Part shown: positions 8,546 through 17,127 of the stretch, piece after piece
Layout of the letters: each line of letters begins with the position of its first letter
Numbering within the stretch: the first letter of the stretch is position 1
NCBI GenBank assembly: GCA_017532825.1
Contig: JAFXIT010000031.1
Coordinates: 6,613 to 70,612 of the forward strand
Direction: 5' to 3'
Length of the DNA stretch: 64,000 nucleotides
Source of the DNA: Clostridia bacterium
GTDB taxonomy: Bacteria; Bacillota; Clostridia; Oscillospirales; QAMX01
Notes under the pieces: generated by a model
Databases searched by the model: none
What the model was told of the DNA's origin: nothing
Seen by the model: the letters and a program-made list of their open reading frames with translations, nothing else
Translations under genes and position numbers: made by a program

Positions 8546-8574
8546 TTGACAGATCGTTACAAATATGCTACTAT
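8546..8574 (+). promoter_or_regulatory. Promoter of the leader and lipoprotein unit
   Basis: TTGACA, 17 nt, TACTAT, overlapping TATAAT at 8572-8577. Confidence 0.5.
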
Positions 8575-8627
8575 AATACCGTAGAATACCTTTCCACTTC
8601 TTGAAGCCGTCGAAAGGAGAGATCGCC

Positions 8628-8708
8628 GTGAACATCGCACGTTTTATCTGCGTCGGGTCACCGCCCTTCCCCTTCTGCACCTCGAAGGAGCGGTTAAAGC
8701 TTGTTTGA
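8628..8708 (+). CDS. Candidate 26-codon leader peptide MNIARFICVGSPPFPFCTSKERLKLV
   Basis: GTG lies 6 nt after AAAGGAGAG. The TGA stop lies inside the 3' arm of a 10-13 bp helix that overlaps the terminator stem. Speculative. Confidence 0.3.
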   Translation: MNIARFICVGSPPFPFCTSKERLKLV

Positions 8709-8712
8709 CCCG

Positions 8713-8757
8713 ACGTGCAGGAGCCTCTATCGGCAGGCCCTTGCACGTCTTTTTGTT
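8713..8757 (+). terminator. Intrinsic terminator inside the 5' leader of the lipoprotein gene (attenuator)
   Basis: ACGTGCAGG with CCTTGCACGT (9 bp including one G-U pair), followed by CTTTTTGTT. It lies 50 nt upstream of the GTG at 8808. Confidence 0.6.
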
Positions 8758-8807
8758 CCGAGCCGAAAAAGTTTTTAGAGAATTGATCAATAGAAAGGAG
8801 GAAAACC

Positions 8808-9353
8808 GTGAAAATACGCATTTTTGCCGTTTTTGCGGTCTTGGTATTGCTTCTTTCCGCCTGCGGAGGTAAGACACCGACGGACAGCGTAGTGCTGCCC
8901 GAAGAAGCGTGGATACCGAACCCATCGGACATATCGGATATTGAAAAGGGAGGGCCGTCGTTTTCGATCACGTCCTCCGAGCCCGAACGGAGTTACCGTG
9001 TGACGGCGTGTGCGGGCGCACTGTTTACCGATGCGGAGGACTATTACGAAAGGACCGACAGCATCACGCTTGTCCCGGGGCAGGAGGTCACCTGGACCGG
9101 TAATTGTCCGCAGGATCCCGACAGAATAGCAACGGGAGTGGGATTTGACAGAGTAAACTACGACACCTACATCGAGATAGTCGTGTTCTCCGGAGAGGAT
9201 GCCGTAGGCTACGGTTTGATAGCGGTCGACGTAGCGCCCGAAAACGGATTTTCGCTTCGGGATTCAAGGATCGAGACCTTTGATAAGCCGATAGAGGCCG
9301 AGACGGTCGAAAAAGGGCTTGAAATCCTTAAGGAAGAGCTTAAGAGATATTAA
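8808..9353 (+). CDS. Small lipoprotein of unknown function (181 aa)
   Basis: GTG follows a GGAGGAAAACC RBS. Signal peptide MKIRIFAVFAVLVLLLSAC carries an LSAC lipobox. Confidence 0.85.
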   Translation: MKIRIFAVFAVLVLLLSACGGKTPTDSVVLPEEAWIPNPSDISDIEKGGPSFSITSSEPERSYRVTACAGALFTDAEDYYERTDSITLVPGQEVTWTGNCPQDPDRIATGVGFDRVNYDTYIEIVVFSGEDAVGYGLIAVDVAPENGFSLRDSRIETFDKPIEAETVEKGLEILKEELKRY

Positions 9354-9362
9354 GTAAAGAGG

Positions 9363-9395
9363 AAAAAGCCGAAGGTCGTATGACCTTCGGCTTTT
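9363..9395. terminator. Bidirectional terminator between the lipoprotein gene and the PEPCK gene
   Basis: AAAGCCGAAGGTC-gtat-GACCTTCGGCTTT, flanked by A-run and T-run. Confidence 0.85.
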
Positions 9396-9406
9396 GAGTT
9401 ATAAGC

Positions 9407-11197
9407 TTACTTCTTGAGGTTAGTCTCAAGGGTCTCGAGCTCGGTGGCGAGTTCACGAGGAAGCTTGGAGCCGAACTTGGCGTAGAGCTCCTTGATGCTT
9501 GCGACGTCTTCGAGCCAGTAGTCGGTCTCGACGGCAAGGATCTTATCGAGGTTCTCCTCGTTCATCTTGATATCGCCTTCGATGGTATAGTCCATACCCT
9601 CGAGGTTGATGTCCTTGGCGTAGGGGATATAACCGATAGCGGTCTCACGGGCGCCGACAGAGCCTTCGCAGCGCTTGAGGATCCACTCGAGGACACGGAA
9701 GTTGTCGCCGAAGCCCGGCCACATGAACTTGCCGTTCTCGTTGAGACGGAACCAGTTGACGTTGAAGATCTTGGGGGCGTTGGTCAGCTTCTTGCCCATG
9801 TCGAGCCAGTGCTGCCAGTAGTCACCCATGTTGTAGCCGCAGAAGGGCAGCATTGCCATGGGGTCGCGGCGGACGACACCGACTGCGCCGGAGGCGGCGG
9901 CAGTGGTCTCGGAGGCCATGATGGAGCCGACGAATACGCCGTGCTGCCAGTCACGGGACTGATAGACCAGGGGAGCGGTCTTGGCGCGGCGGCCGCCGAA
10001 GATGATAGCGGAGATCGGTACGCCGGCAGGATCTTCCCATCTGGGGGAGATGCAGGGACAGTTGGCGGCGGGAGCGGTGAAGCGGGAGTTGGGGTGAGCG
10101 CCCTTTTCGCCGGTAGTGGGATCCCAGGGCTCGCCCTTCCAGTTGTTCTCGCCCTTGGGAGGATTCTTATCGAGGCCTTCCCACCAAACGGTGCCCTCGG
10201 CGGAGTTGTAGACGACGTTGGTGAATATGGTGCCCTTCTGGGTGGAGATAAGGGCGTTGGGGTTGGACTTCATGTTGGTGCCGGGGGCGACGCCGAAGAA
10301 GCCGGCTTCGGGGTTGACGGCGGACAGACCGCCCTCGTCGTTTATGCGCAGCCAGGCAATGTCGTCACCGACGGTCCAGACCTTGTAGCCCTTGTCGAGG
10401 TAGTCCTTGGGAGGAATGAGCATTGCGAGGTTGGTCTTGCCGCAGGCGGAGGGGAAGGCGGCGGCGACGTACTTGGTCTCGCCCGAGGGGAACTCGACGC
10501 CCAGGATGAGCATATGCTCGGCCATCCAGGATTCCTTCCAGCCCTGGTAGGAGGCTATGCGCAGAGCAAAGCACTTCTTGCCAAGCAGGACGTTGCCGCC
10601 GTAGCCGGAGTTGCAGGACCAGATGGTATTGTCCTGGGGGAACTGAAGGATGTAGCGCTTCTCCTCGTCGATGTCGCAGCGGGCGTGGAGACCGTGGACG
10701 AAGTCCTCGCTGTCGCCCAGCATATCCATAACGGCTTTGCCGACGCGGGTCATGATGCACATGTTGAGCACGACGTAGATAGAGTCGGTAAGCTCGATGC
10801 CGACCTTGGCAAAGGGGGAGCCGATGGCGCCCATGGAGAAGGGAATGACGTACATGGTGCGGCCGACCATGGAGTTCTTGAAGATCTCGGAGGCCATAGC
10901 GTAGGCTTCCTTGGGGTCCATCCAGTTGTTGGTGGGGCCTGCTTCTTCCTTGGTGGGTGCGCAGATAAAGGTTCTGCCTTCAACACGTGCGACGTCGTTG
11001 ACGGCGGTACGGTGATAGTAACATCCGGGAAGCTTTTCCTGGTTGAGCTTGATCATTTCGCCGGTGGCGACTGCTTCGGCACGGAGGGCCTCGGCCTGCT
11101 CTTCGCTTCCGTCGATCCATACGATGCGATCGGGGTTGGTCATCTTGGCCATCTCGTCTATCCAGCTGAGAACGGCCTTGTTGGTAGTCAGGGACAT
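9407..11197 (-). CDS. pckA: Phosphoenolpyruvate carboxykinase (GTP-dependent)
   Basis: 596 aa. MSLTTNKAVLSWIDEMAKMTNPDRIVWIDGSEE and FPSACGKTN (kinase-1a) are typical of GTP-PEPCK. Confidence 0.95.
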   Translation of the reverse strand: MSLTTNKAVLSWIDEMAKMTNPDRIVWIDGSEEQAEALRAEAVATGEMIKLNQEKLPGCYYHRTAVNDVARVEGRTFICAPTKEEAGPTNNWMDPKEAYAMASEIFKNSMVGRTMYVIPFSMGAIGSPFAKVGIELTDSIYVVLNMCIMTRVGKAVMDMLGDSEDFVHGLHARCDIDEEKRYILQFPQDNTIWSCNSGYGGNVLLGKKCFALRIASYQGWKESWMAEHMLILGVEFPSGETKYVAAAFPSACGKTNLAMLIPPKDYLDKGYKVWTVGDDIAWLRINDEGGLSAVNPEAGFFGVAPGTNMKSNPNALISTQKGTIFTNVVYNSAEGTVWWEGLDKNPPKGENNWKGEPWDPTTGEKGAHPNSRFTAPAANCPCISPRWEDPAGVPISAIIFGGRRAKTAPLVYQSRDWQHGVFVGSIMASETTAAASGAVGVVRRDPMAMLPFCGYNMGDYWQHWLDMGKKLTNAPKIFNVNWFRLNENGKFMWPGFGDNFRVLEWILKRCEGSVGARETAIGYIPYAKDINLEGMDYTIEGDIKMNEENLDKILAVETDYWLEDVASIKELYAKFGSKLPRELATELETLETNLKK

Positions 11198-11250
11198 GGG
11201 TATTTGCTCCTTTCAAAGGTTAGAATTTCGCTTTTTCCCAATTTGGGTAT

Positions 11251-11279
11251 ATGATACCACTTTTCAGGCGGTAATGCAA
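11251..11279 (-). promoter_or_regulatory. Promoter of the PEPCK gene
   Basis: On the minus strand: TTGCAT, 17 nt, TATCAT. Confidence 0.55.
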
Positions 11280-11324
11280 GCAGTATTTTGTTAAGATTGT
11301 TTAAAATAGTACGGCCTTATTTGT

Positions 11325-12137
11325 CTATTTTAACATCAGCGCCGAGCTGATGCGCTCCACCTCTCGGGCCGACAGGTCCTCACCCCTTGCCGCAGGGTCG
11401 ACCTCGGCTGACTTAAGTGCGGCGTCGGCAGCCGAGGCGCCAAACTCCGCAGAGAGGGTGTTTCGCACCGTCTTTCGTCTGGAGGCGTAGAGGGCGTGTG
11501 CGGTACGGATAAACATCGCCTCGGACTCCTTGTCGGGGTCAAGGGGCTTGAGGGCCATGGTCACCACCGCCGAATCCACCCCCGGACGGGGATAGAAGCT
11601 TCCCGCAGGGATGGTAAAGAGGTACTTTGGCTCGGCGTAGTGCTCGGCAAGAAGGGCGATGAGACTGCGGTTTTCCTTTTGGACGAGCTTGCGGGCGTAC
11701 TCCTTTTGCACCGTGACGGTGATGCGGGAGAACATTCCGCTCTCGAAAAGACGGGTAAGGGCCTTGGTGGTCACGTTGTAGGGAAGGTTCGACACCGCCA
11801 CACGCCTGTCGCTTTTTGGCAGGGAATCGAGGGGGAAGGTCAGTATATCCCCCCAGGTAAGCTCGACAGAGGGGGGGAGGGTCTCCTTTAACACCGGCTC
11901 AAGCCGTCTGTCAAGCTCCAGCACCCTCACCGAGCGGGCGACCCTTGAAAGCCCGAGTGTCAGCGCTCCTGCGCCCGGGCCTATCTCAAAGACGTCTGCG
12001 CCCAAAGCCCCCGAGGCCTCGACTATGCGTTCCACGGCGGCGGTGTCGGTCAGAAAGTTCTGACCGAAGCTCTTTTCAAAGGTAAAGCCGAAGCGCTCTG
12101 CAAGACCCTTTAAATAGGCGGTGTCGTAGATGCTCAT
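11325..12137 (-). CDS. rsmA: 16S rRNA (adenine1518/1519-N6)-dimethyltransferase
   Basis: FGQNFLTD motif and the SAM-binding EIGPGAGALT. Confidence 0.95.
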   Translation of the reverse strand: MSIYDTAYLKGLAERFGFTFEKSFGQNFLTDTAAVERIVEASGALGADVFEIGPGAGALTLGLSRVARSVRVLELDRRLEPVLKETLPPSVELTWGDILTFPLDSLPKSDRRVAVSNLPYNVTTKALTRLFESGMFSRITVTVQKEYARKLVQKENRSLIALLAEHYAEPKYLFTIPAGSFYPRPGVDSAVVTMALKPLDPDKESEAMFIRTAHALYASRRKTVRNTLSAEFGASAADAALKSAEVDPAARGEDLSAREVERISSALMLK

Positions 12138-12994
12138 TTAAAGCTGTAGCCTCCCTTAAGGAGTATCTTCTTAAGGGCGTCGGCTGCGATGGCGTAGGAA
12201 CGCTCACCCGATGGGGGCAGGCTTGCAAAGGGAGAGTCGGGCTCAAGCTCGGAAAAGCCCTCGAAGTTTCCAAGATGGGGCTCAAGGGAGAGGTATCCGT
12301 TAAAGCCGTCCTCGGCAAGACCGGCGATTATCTCGGGGAGGTGTCCGTTACCCATGCCCGAGGGCACTACCCTGCCCGATTCGGCCAGAGCGTCCTTGAT
12401 GTGCATATATTTAATGTAGGGACGAAGCAGCTTAAAGCCCTCAAGGGTGTCTGCGCCGCACTGGATAAAGTTTGCCGGGTCGAAGATGAGGTCGACGCCG
12501 AGGGTGCGTGCAAGGTCGAGACATCTTTCGGGTATGTCGCCGTAGATGCCCTTTTCGTTTTCGTGGAGCAGGGTCACACCCGTCCCCTCGGCCTCCTTGA
12601 GGAAGCGCTCCCACAGACGCATAACGTCGTCCCTGCGGGAGACGATGTCGCCATCTGCGGCGGGGTAGAAGCTGAACATACGGATATATTTTGCCTCAAA
12701 TACCTCGGCAAGCTCAAGACAGTGCCTGAACTTGGCAAAATGCCCCTCGATGTCACCGTCGATGGCGATCTTTCCGATGGGCGAGCCAAGGGAGGAGATC
12801 TTTTTGCCTGCCGCACGGATACGGGAGGCCATTTCAACTGCGGTGTCGGTGGGGATGTCGGCGATGTTGATGCCGTCGGCACGGCGGATCTCGATAAAGT
12901 CGACCCCTATGCGGTCGAGTGCCTCAAGCTGGGTGTCCAGTACTGGGCTTATCTCGTCGGAAAAGCCCGAGATCGTAAAGAATGCGTTTTTCAA
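12134..12994 (-). CDS. Sugar phosphate isomerase/epimerase (xylose-isomerase-like TIM barrel)
   Basis: 286 aa. Pattern of LEALDRIGVDFIEIR...LHENEKGIYGD...YLSLEPH. 4-nt overlap with rsmA. Confidence 0.75.
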   Translation of the reverse strand: MKNAFFTISGFSDEISPVLDTQLEALDRIGVDFIEIRRADGINIADIPTDTAVEMASRIRAAGKKISSLGSPIGKIAIDGDIEGHFAKFRHCLELAEVFEAKYIRMFSFYPAADGDIVSRRDDVMRLWERFLKEAEGTGVTLLHENEKGIYGDIPERCLDLARTLGVDLIFDPANFIQCGADTLEGFKLLRPYIKYMHIKDALAESGRVVPSGMGNGHLPEIIAGLAEDGFNGYLSLEPHLGNFEGFSELEPDSPFASLPPSGERSYAIAADALKKILLKGGYSFK

Positions 12995-13066
12995 AGCTGA
13001 TCACTCCTATTTCAAGCATAGTATAAGGATACAACAAATTACCTGATTTTGCAATAGGAAAGGCAC

Positions 13067-13095
13067 TTGCAAGAGTGCAAAAAAAATGATATAAT
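13067..13095 (+). promoter_or_regulatory. Promoter of the 13124 lipoprotein operon
   Basis: TTGCAA, 17 nt, TATAAT; a GGAGG RBS precedes ATG 13124. Confidence 0.65.
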
Positions 13096-13123
13096 CAAGC
13101 TACCCTAAAGGAGGAATATCACC

Positions 13124-14761
13124 ATGAAGAAAACGACAAAACGTATACTGTCGACGCTCGTCGCCGCAGCAATGATATTGACGTTGTTTGCCGGCTGTGC
13201 CGTCGAAAAGAAGGATCCCGATTCGACCGACAAGCCTGCGACCACCGCAGCGACCACCGCACCCTCTACCACCGCGCCTACCGACGTCTGCAACACCTCC
13301 GGCTCGACCGCAGGCTCCACCGCAGGCTCGACCGCAGGAAGCGGCTCGCAGGGCGGCTCGTCGACCGACCTCTCAAAGTCCGACCCCGACCTTATCGAGC
13401 TCGGAAATAAGCTCGGCGCATTTATGGAGCAGTACGGCAACGCCGAGCCCGAAATGCCCGATGCGGGAGTTGCCTTCCCCGAGAGCGACTGCGTTTGGGT
13501 AAGCCTTGACACCAACGGCGCATTTATCCCCGTCAAGGTAGGTCTTTGCAACGGGGATGCCTACGTCACCTTCCCCGGCAGCTACAACAAGGCAGTCAAG
13601 GTCACCATGGCCGAGCTTGAGGCCATTGTAAATCAGGCCAACGGCGTCATGCCTGCGGCACAGACCGATTCCGCCATGAGCGGAATGGGAATGCTCGGCG
13701 GCCTGGCCGGCATGGGTATGCTTTCGGGCTTTGAGGGCATCCTTGACGACGGCTTTGACGCCCTTGAGGAGCTTGTGGGAATACTCGGAAGCAGCCTTCC
13801 CGAGGAGTTTGTCAGCGTGGAGGAGGTCGAAGGCAGCCTTTGCTACACCATCACCATCGATGACAGCTTCGTCAACTACATCCTGAACTCCCTCAAGACC
13901 AAGATAAACGCCGATATAAACGTCCTTTCCGAGCTTTCCGAGAGCCTTTGTGACATCATAGCCGAATTCGGCGAGATCGCAGTCGATATGGGCGTTGACC
14001 CCGGCGAGCTTGGCGACCTTTCGAGCCTTACCCCCTCGGTCGTGGCGGGAATGATCGCCCAGGCCGTTGACGGCATAGGCCCCGTATCTATGGGAGTCTC
14101 CCTTGATATCGTCTTTACCTTCGCCGACGGAGAATTCTGCACGGAGTTCTGGGTCGTGGAAAGCGGCACCGCCAATGAGCTGTTCTATATCTCCTTTGAC
14201 CTTTTCTACGGCGAGGAGTACGGCTTTGTCATTGACGCTATGTTCTATGACGAAAACGGAAGCCTCAACGAGGTATACCTCTACACCGCCGTTGCCGCAG
14301 AGATATATACCCTGAGCGCCTGGCACTGCATCGACGATGGGGTCAGTGAGCCCTATTTTACCTTCAACTTCGGTGTCTACCTCGACGTAAGCAACCTTGA
14401 CGCCGTCGATGCGGCTACCGACTTCCAGGTCTTCCTCGAGCTTGGAGATATGGGAGACGTATTTGTCTTCAGCGGACAGAGCTCGGTCTTTACCGGTCTG
14501 GACGGCTTCAGATCGGTCCGCCTTACGGGCGACTACGAATATGTCGTCGATGAATACAGCTTCGAATCCCTGCTGGTGCTGATGGGTCAGTCCCTTCTTA
14601 CCGGCCTGAGCATCGACTTTGAGCCCGCCGAGGCTTCGGAGTTTGCCGCCCTTGAGACCGTCGGTGTCGAGGAGTTTGCAAACGACCCCGAATCGGCCGA
14701 CCTTGCCACCCTTATCCAGCACAGCGAGCTCTTTAGCGCACTTTTAAATATCTTCGGTTAA
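13124..14761 (+). CDS. Acidic lipoprotein of unknown function (545 aa)
   Basis: Signal peptide MKKTTKRILSTLVAAAMILTLFAGC with lipobox, a T/A/S/G-rich linker, then a D/E-rich body with no recognised domain. Confidence 0.85.
   Translation: MKKTTKRILSTLVAAAMILTLFAGCAVEKKDPDSTDKPATTAATTAPSTTAPTDVCNTSGSTAGSTAGSTAGSGSQGGSSTDLSKSDPDLIELGNKLGAFMEQYGNAEPEMPDAGVAFPESDCVWVSLDTNGAFIPVKVGLCNGDAYVTFPGSYNKAVKVTMAELEAIVNQANGVMPAAQTDSAMSGMGMLGGLAGMGMLSGFEGILDDGFDALEELVGILGSSLPEEFVSVEEVEGSLCYTITIDDSFVNYILNSLKTKINADINVLSELSESLCDIIAEFGEIAVDMGVDPGELGDLSSLTPSVVAGMIAQAVDGIGPVSMGVSLDIVFTFADGEFCTEFWVVESGTANELFYISFDLFYGEEYGFVIDAMFYDENGSLNEVYLYTAVAAEIYTLSAWHCIDDGVSEPYFTFNFGVYLDVSNLDAVDAATDFQVFLELGDMGDVFVFSGQSSVFTGLDGFRSVRLTGDYEYVVDEYSFESLLVLMGQSLLTGLSIDFEPAEASEFAALETVGVEEFANDPESADLATLIQHSELFSALLNIFG
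13301..13336 (+). repeat. Three tandem 12-nt units (GGCTCSACCGCA) encoding (GSTA)3
   Basis: Units at 13301-13312, 13313-13324 and 13325-13336 differ at one position. Confidence 0.85.
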
Positions 14762-14774
14762 GAGGTAAGAAGTG

Positions 14775-15536
14775 ATGAAGGACGTCTACAACTCGATGAG
14801 CCTTGACTCGGTCGCCGCCGCACTTTGCAAGGTGCTCGGCATCGACCCGCCGAGGTCTGCCGCCGAGGCAAACCCGATACTGTCAAATATCGGCTCGGCA
14901 AAGAAGCTCGTTATGTATAACCCCGACGCCGTCGGCCTTGAGGTATTCCAGAAGTACACCGCCCTCTTTGCCCCCGTGCTTGCCAAGACCACCCTTGCCC
15001 TTCCCCTTTCCTGCGTGATGCCCTCGGTCACACCCGTCTGCTTCGGCACGATGTATACCGGCGTTCAGCCGGAGGTACACGGCATCCGCCGCTACGAGCG
15101 TCCCGTCATCACCGTCGACTCCCTCTACGATGCCGCCATACGTGCAGGCCTTCGCTGCGCCATAGTCTCCGAGCCCGACTGCAGTCTTGCGGACATTTTC
15201 CTCGGAAGGGATATGGACTACTACCGTGTCGAGGGCGGACTTGACGCCATAAACGCCAAGGGGCTTGAGCTGATAGACAAATACGACGTTCTGACCCTCT
15301 ATAACGGCAACTTCGACTCCACCATGCACAAAAACGGTCCCGACGCTCCCGCCTCGGTCGAGGCACTGCGGCGCAACGTCGAGACCTTCGCAAGGGTGTG
15401 GGAGGCCTGCCCCGAGGGGACGCTGGTCGGCTTTGCGCCCGACCACGGCTGTCACCTCATCGACGGCGAATGCGGCTCACACGGCCTGGATATGCCAAGC
15501 GACATCAACATCGTACACTTCTACGGTATAAAGTAA
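14775..15536 (+). CDS. Alkaline-phosphatase superfamily protein (ENPP/type I phosphodiesterase-like), compact, no signal peptide
   Basis: ATG 14775 lies 8 nt after AGAGG. Motifs read: PSVTPVCFGTMYTGVQPEVHGI (nucleophile-Thr region), DSTMHKNGP and APDHGCH. Confidence 0.75.
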   Translation: MKDVYNSMSLDSVAAALCKVLGIDPPRSAAEANPILSNIGSAKKLVMYNPDAVGLEVFQKYTALFAPVLAKTTLALPLSCVMPSVTPVCFGTMYTGVQPEVHGIRRYERPVITVDSLYDAAIRAGLRCAIVSEPDCSLADIFLGRDMDYYRVEGGLDAINAKGLELIDKYDVLTLYNGNFDSTMHKNGPDAPASVEALRRNVETFARVWEACPEGTLVGFAPDHGCHLIDGECGSHGLDMPSDINIVHFYGIK

Positions 15537-15540
15537 ACGC

Positions 15541-15579
15541 AAAAAAAGGACGGAGAATCAAGTTCTCCGTTCTTTTTTT
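15541..15579. terminator. Bidirectional terminator between convergent genes
   Basis: A7-GGACGGAGAA-tcaag-TTCTCCGTTC-T7. Confidence 0.85.
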
Positions 15580-15582
15580 GCG

Positions 15583-16188
15583 TCAGTCTGCGGGATAGGG
15601 GTCGAGGGTTGGGTCTGCCGAGACGTCCTCGGTCATGACCGACTCCTCGGGCGGAAGGGCCGAGGTGTGTGCGTCGGAGGGGAGCAGGGAGTGCATAAAG
15701 CCGTCGTAGCGTGCCGTCGAGACGTCGCCGCCGATGAGCCTGCCGTTTTTGACAAGCAGGGTAAGTATGACCTCGCTCTCGCCCGAAGGATGGCCGGTGA
15801 GCTTATAGCTGTAACGGGTGGCCGACTGCCCCTTGTAGCCCGAAAGGTCGAGGCCCTGGGTCTTTTGAAGGTCGTTGTAGCGCTCATACACCTCCGAAAA
15901 CTCCGAGGGTATGCATACCTCGGTCACCTCAAGCGGCTCGGGCTCGACGCTCCAGCCAAGCTCGGTGATGAATTTGAGCACCTCCTCGGCGTTGCGGAGC
16001 TTTGCCTTTTTGACCATACGAAGCTCGGCGCTTCGTCTGTCGGACTGTGCGGTGGTCCCCTGCGGGTCGGGACGGTCGGCCCTGCCGCCCGAGCAGATAA
16101 CTATCACCGCCACCGCCAGAACGACTGCGGCAGAGACGGCCGCCGCCAAGAGCTTCTTTTTGTTCATCTTTGCAGAATATACGAACAT
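15583..16188 (-). CDS. DUF4830-like membrane-anchored protein
   Basis: ATG 16188 follows AAGGGGGAAAAACG. N-terminal TM segment. The C-terminal region ELGWSVEPEPLEVTEVCIPSEFSEVYERYNDLQKTQGLDLSGYKG resembles DUF4830. Confidence 0.75.
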   Translation of the reverse strand: MFVYSAKMNKKKLLAAAVSAAVVLAVAVIVICSGGRADRPDPQGTTAQSDRRSAELRMVKKAKLRNAEEVLKFITELGWSVEPEPLEVTEVCIPSEFSEVYERYNDLQKTQGLDLSGYKGQSATRYSYKLTGHPSGESEVILTLLVKNGRLIGGDVSTARYDGFMHSLLPSDAHTSALPPEESVMTEDVSADPTLDPYPAD

Positions 16189-16295
16189 CGTTTTTCCCCC
16201 TTGTATCGTGGTAGTAAATAATATTCGGGGCAACGCTCTTTTATTCTGTCGGAGGAAATGCTATAATTATATTTAAAGGAAAGGAGGCCGCAGAG

Positions 16296-17063
16296 GTGCT
16301 TGACAGAGAAAAAATACTATCCGCCGCAGGGGGAGAGTGTGGCAAGATAGAGGTCTTTGACACTATCGACTCCACCTCAAGCTATCTCAAGGAGCTTGCC
16401 CGAGAGGGTGCGCCCGAGCATACCGCCGTCGTTGCCGCCTCGCAGAGCGGGGGACGTGGACGAATGGGCAGAAGCTTTTTCTCGCCCGAGGGCACGGGGA
16501 TATACCTAAGCCTTCTTTTCCGTCCCAAGGGGGATGCCGCATCGGTGGGGATGATGACCGCCGCCGCCGCAGTCGGCGTCTGCCGTGCGCTTGAGAGCCT
16601 TGGCAGTCCCGAGCTTGGCATAAAGTGGGTAAACGACCTCTACCTGAACGGAAAAAAGGTCTGCGGCATACTTGCCGAGTCGGTCTTTGACAGCTCCCGC
16701 GGCGGCTTTGAGGGGGTAGTCATCGGCGTGGGGGTAAACCTCTTTGAGCCGAGAGGCGGCTTTCCAAGCGAGATAGAGAATATCGCAGGAAGCGTTTTCG
16801 GAAACTGCCGCCGGGGGCTTGCCGAGGCCGCCGCAGGCGGTATAATAAGGGAGCTTATCTCGGTGATGCGGGAGGGAGACTTTCTTTCATGCTACCGCCG
16901 CAGGCAGATACTTATAGGACGCTCCGCCCTGCTTTTAAGAGGGGGTACAAGCGAGAGGATAGAGGTGCTCGGGCTTGAGGACGACTGCTCGCTTCGGGTG
17001 CGGCATGAGGACGGTCGGGAGGAGAGGGTCCTTTCGGGCGAGGTAAGCCTTAAAATACTTTGA
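16296..17063 (+). CDS. birA: Biotin--[acetyl-CoA-carboxylase] ligase (group I, no HTH)
   Basis: GRGRMGRSFFSPEGTGIYLS biotin/ATP loop; 255 aa. Confidence 0.9.
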   Translation: MLDREKILSAAGGECGKIEVFDTIDSTSSYLKELAREGAPEHTAVVAASQSGGRGRMGRSFFSPEGTGIYLSLLFRPKGDAASVGMMTAAAAVGVCRALESLGSPELGIKWVNDLYLNGKKVCGILAESVFDSSRGGFEGVVIGVGVNLFEPRGGFPSEIENIAGSVFGNCRRGLAEAAAGGIIRELISVMREGDFLSCYRRRQILIGRSALLLRGGTSERIEVLGLEDDCSLRVRHEDGREERVLSGEVSLKIL

Positions 17064-17127
17064 CAAAACGTCGCAAGTGTGGTATTATTGTAATAATTGA
17101 GAGTTTTTTGAAAGGCGTTGATCTTCT

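Noticed and set aside
1925-11254. Long antisense ORFs opposite real genes (1925-3451 +, 7094-8971 -, 9809-11254 +, and many 60-140 aa ORFs)
   Set aside because: They mirror well-supported genes on the other strand and have low-complexity G/D/V/A/R-rich translations typical of high-GC antisense frames. They also lack RBSs and cross promoters or terminators (7094-8971 spans the ffs promoter and an intergenic leader).
11251-11300. CcpA cre box in the PEPCK promoter (TGAAAAGTGGTATCA)
   Set aside because: It mismatches the central CG and several conserved positions of the cre consensus WTGNAANCGNWNNCW.
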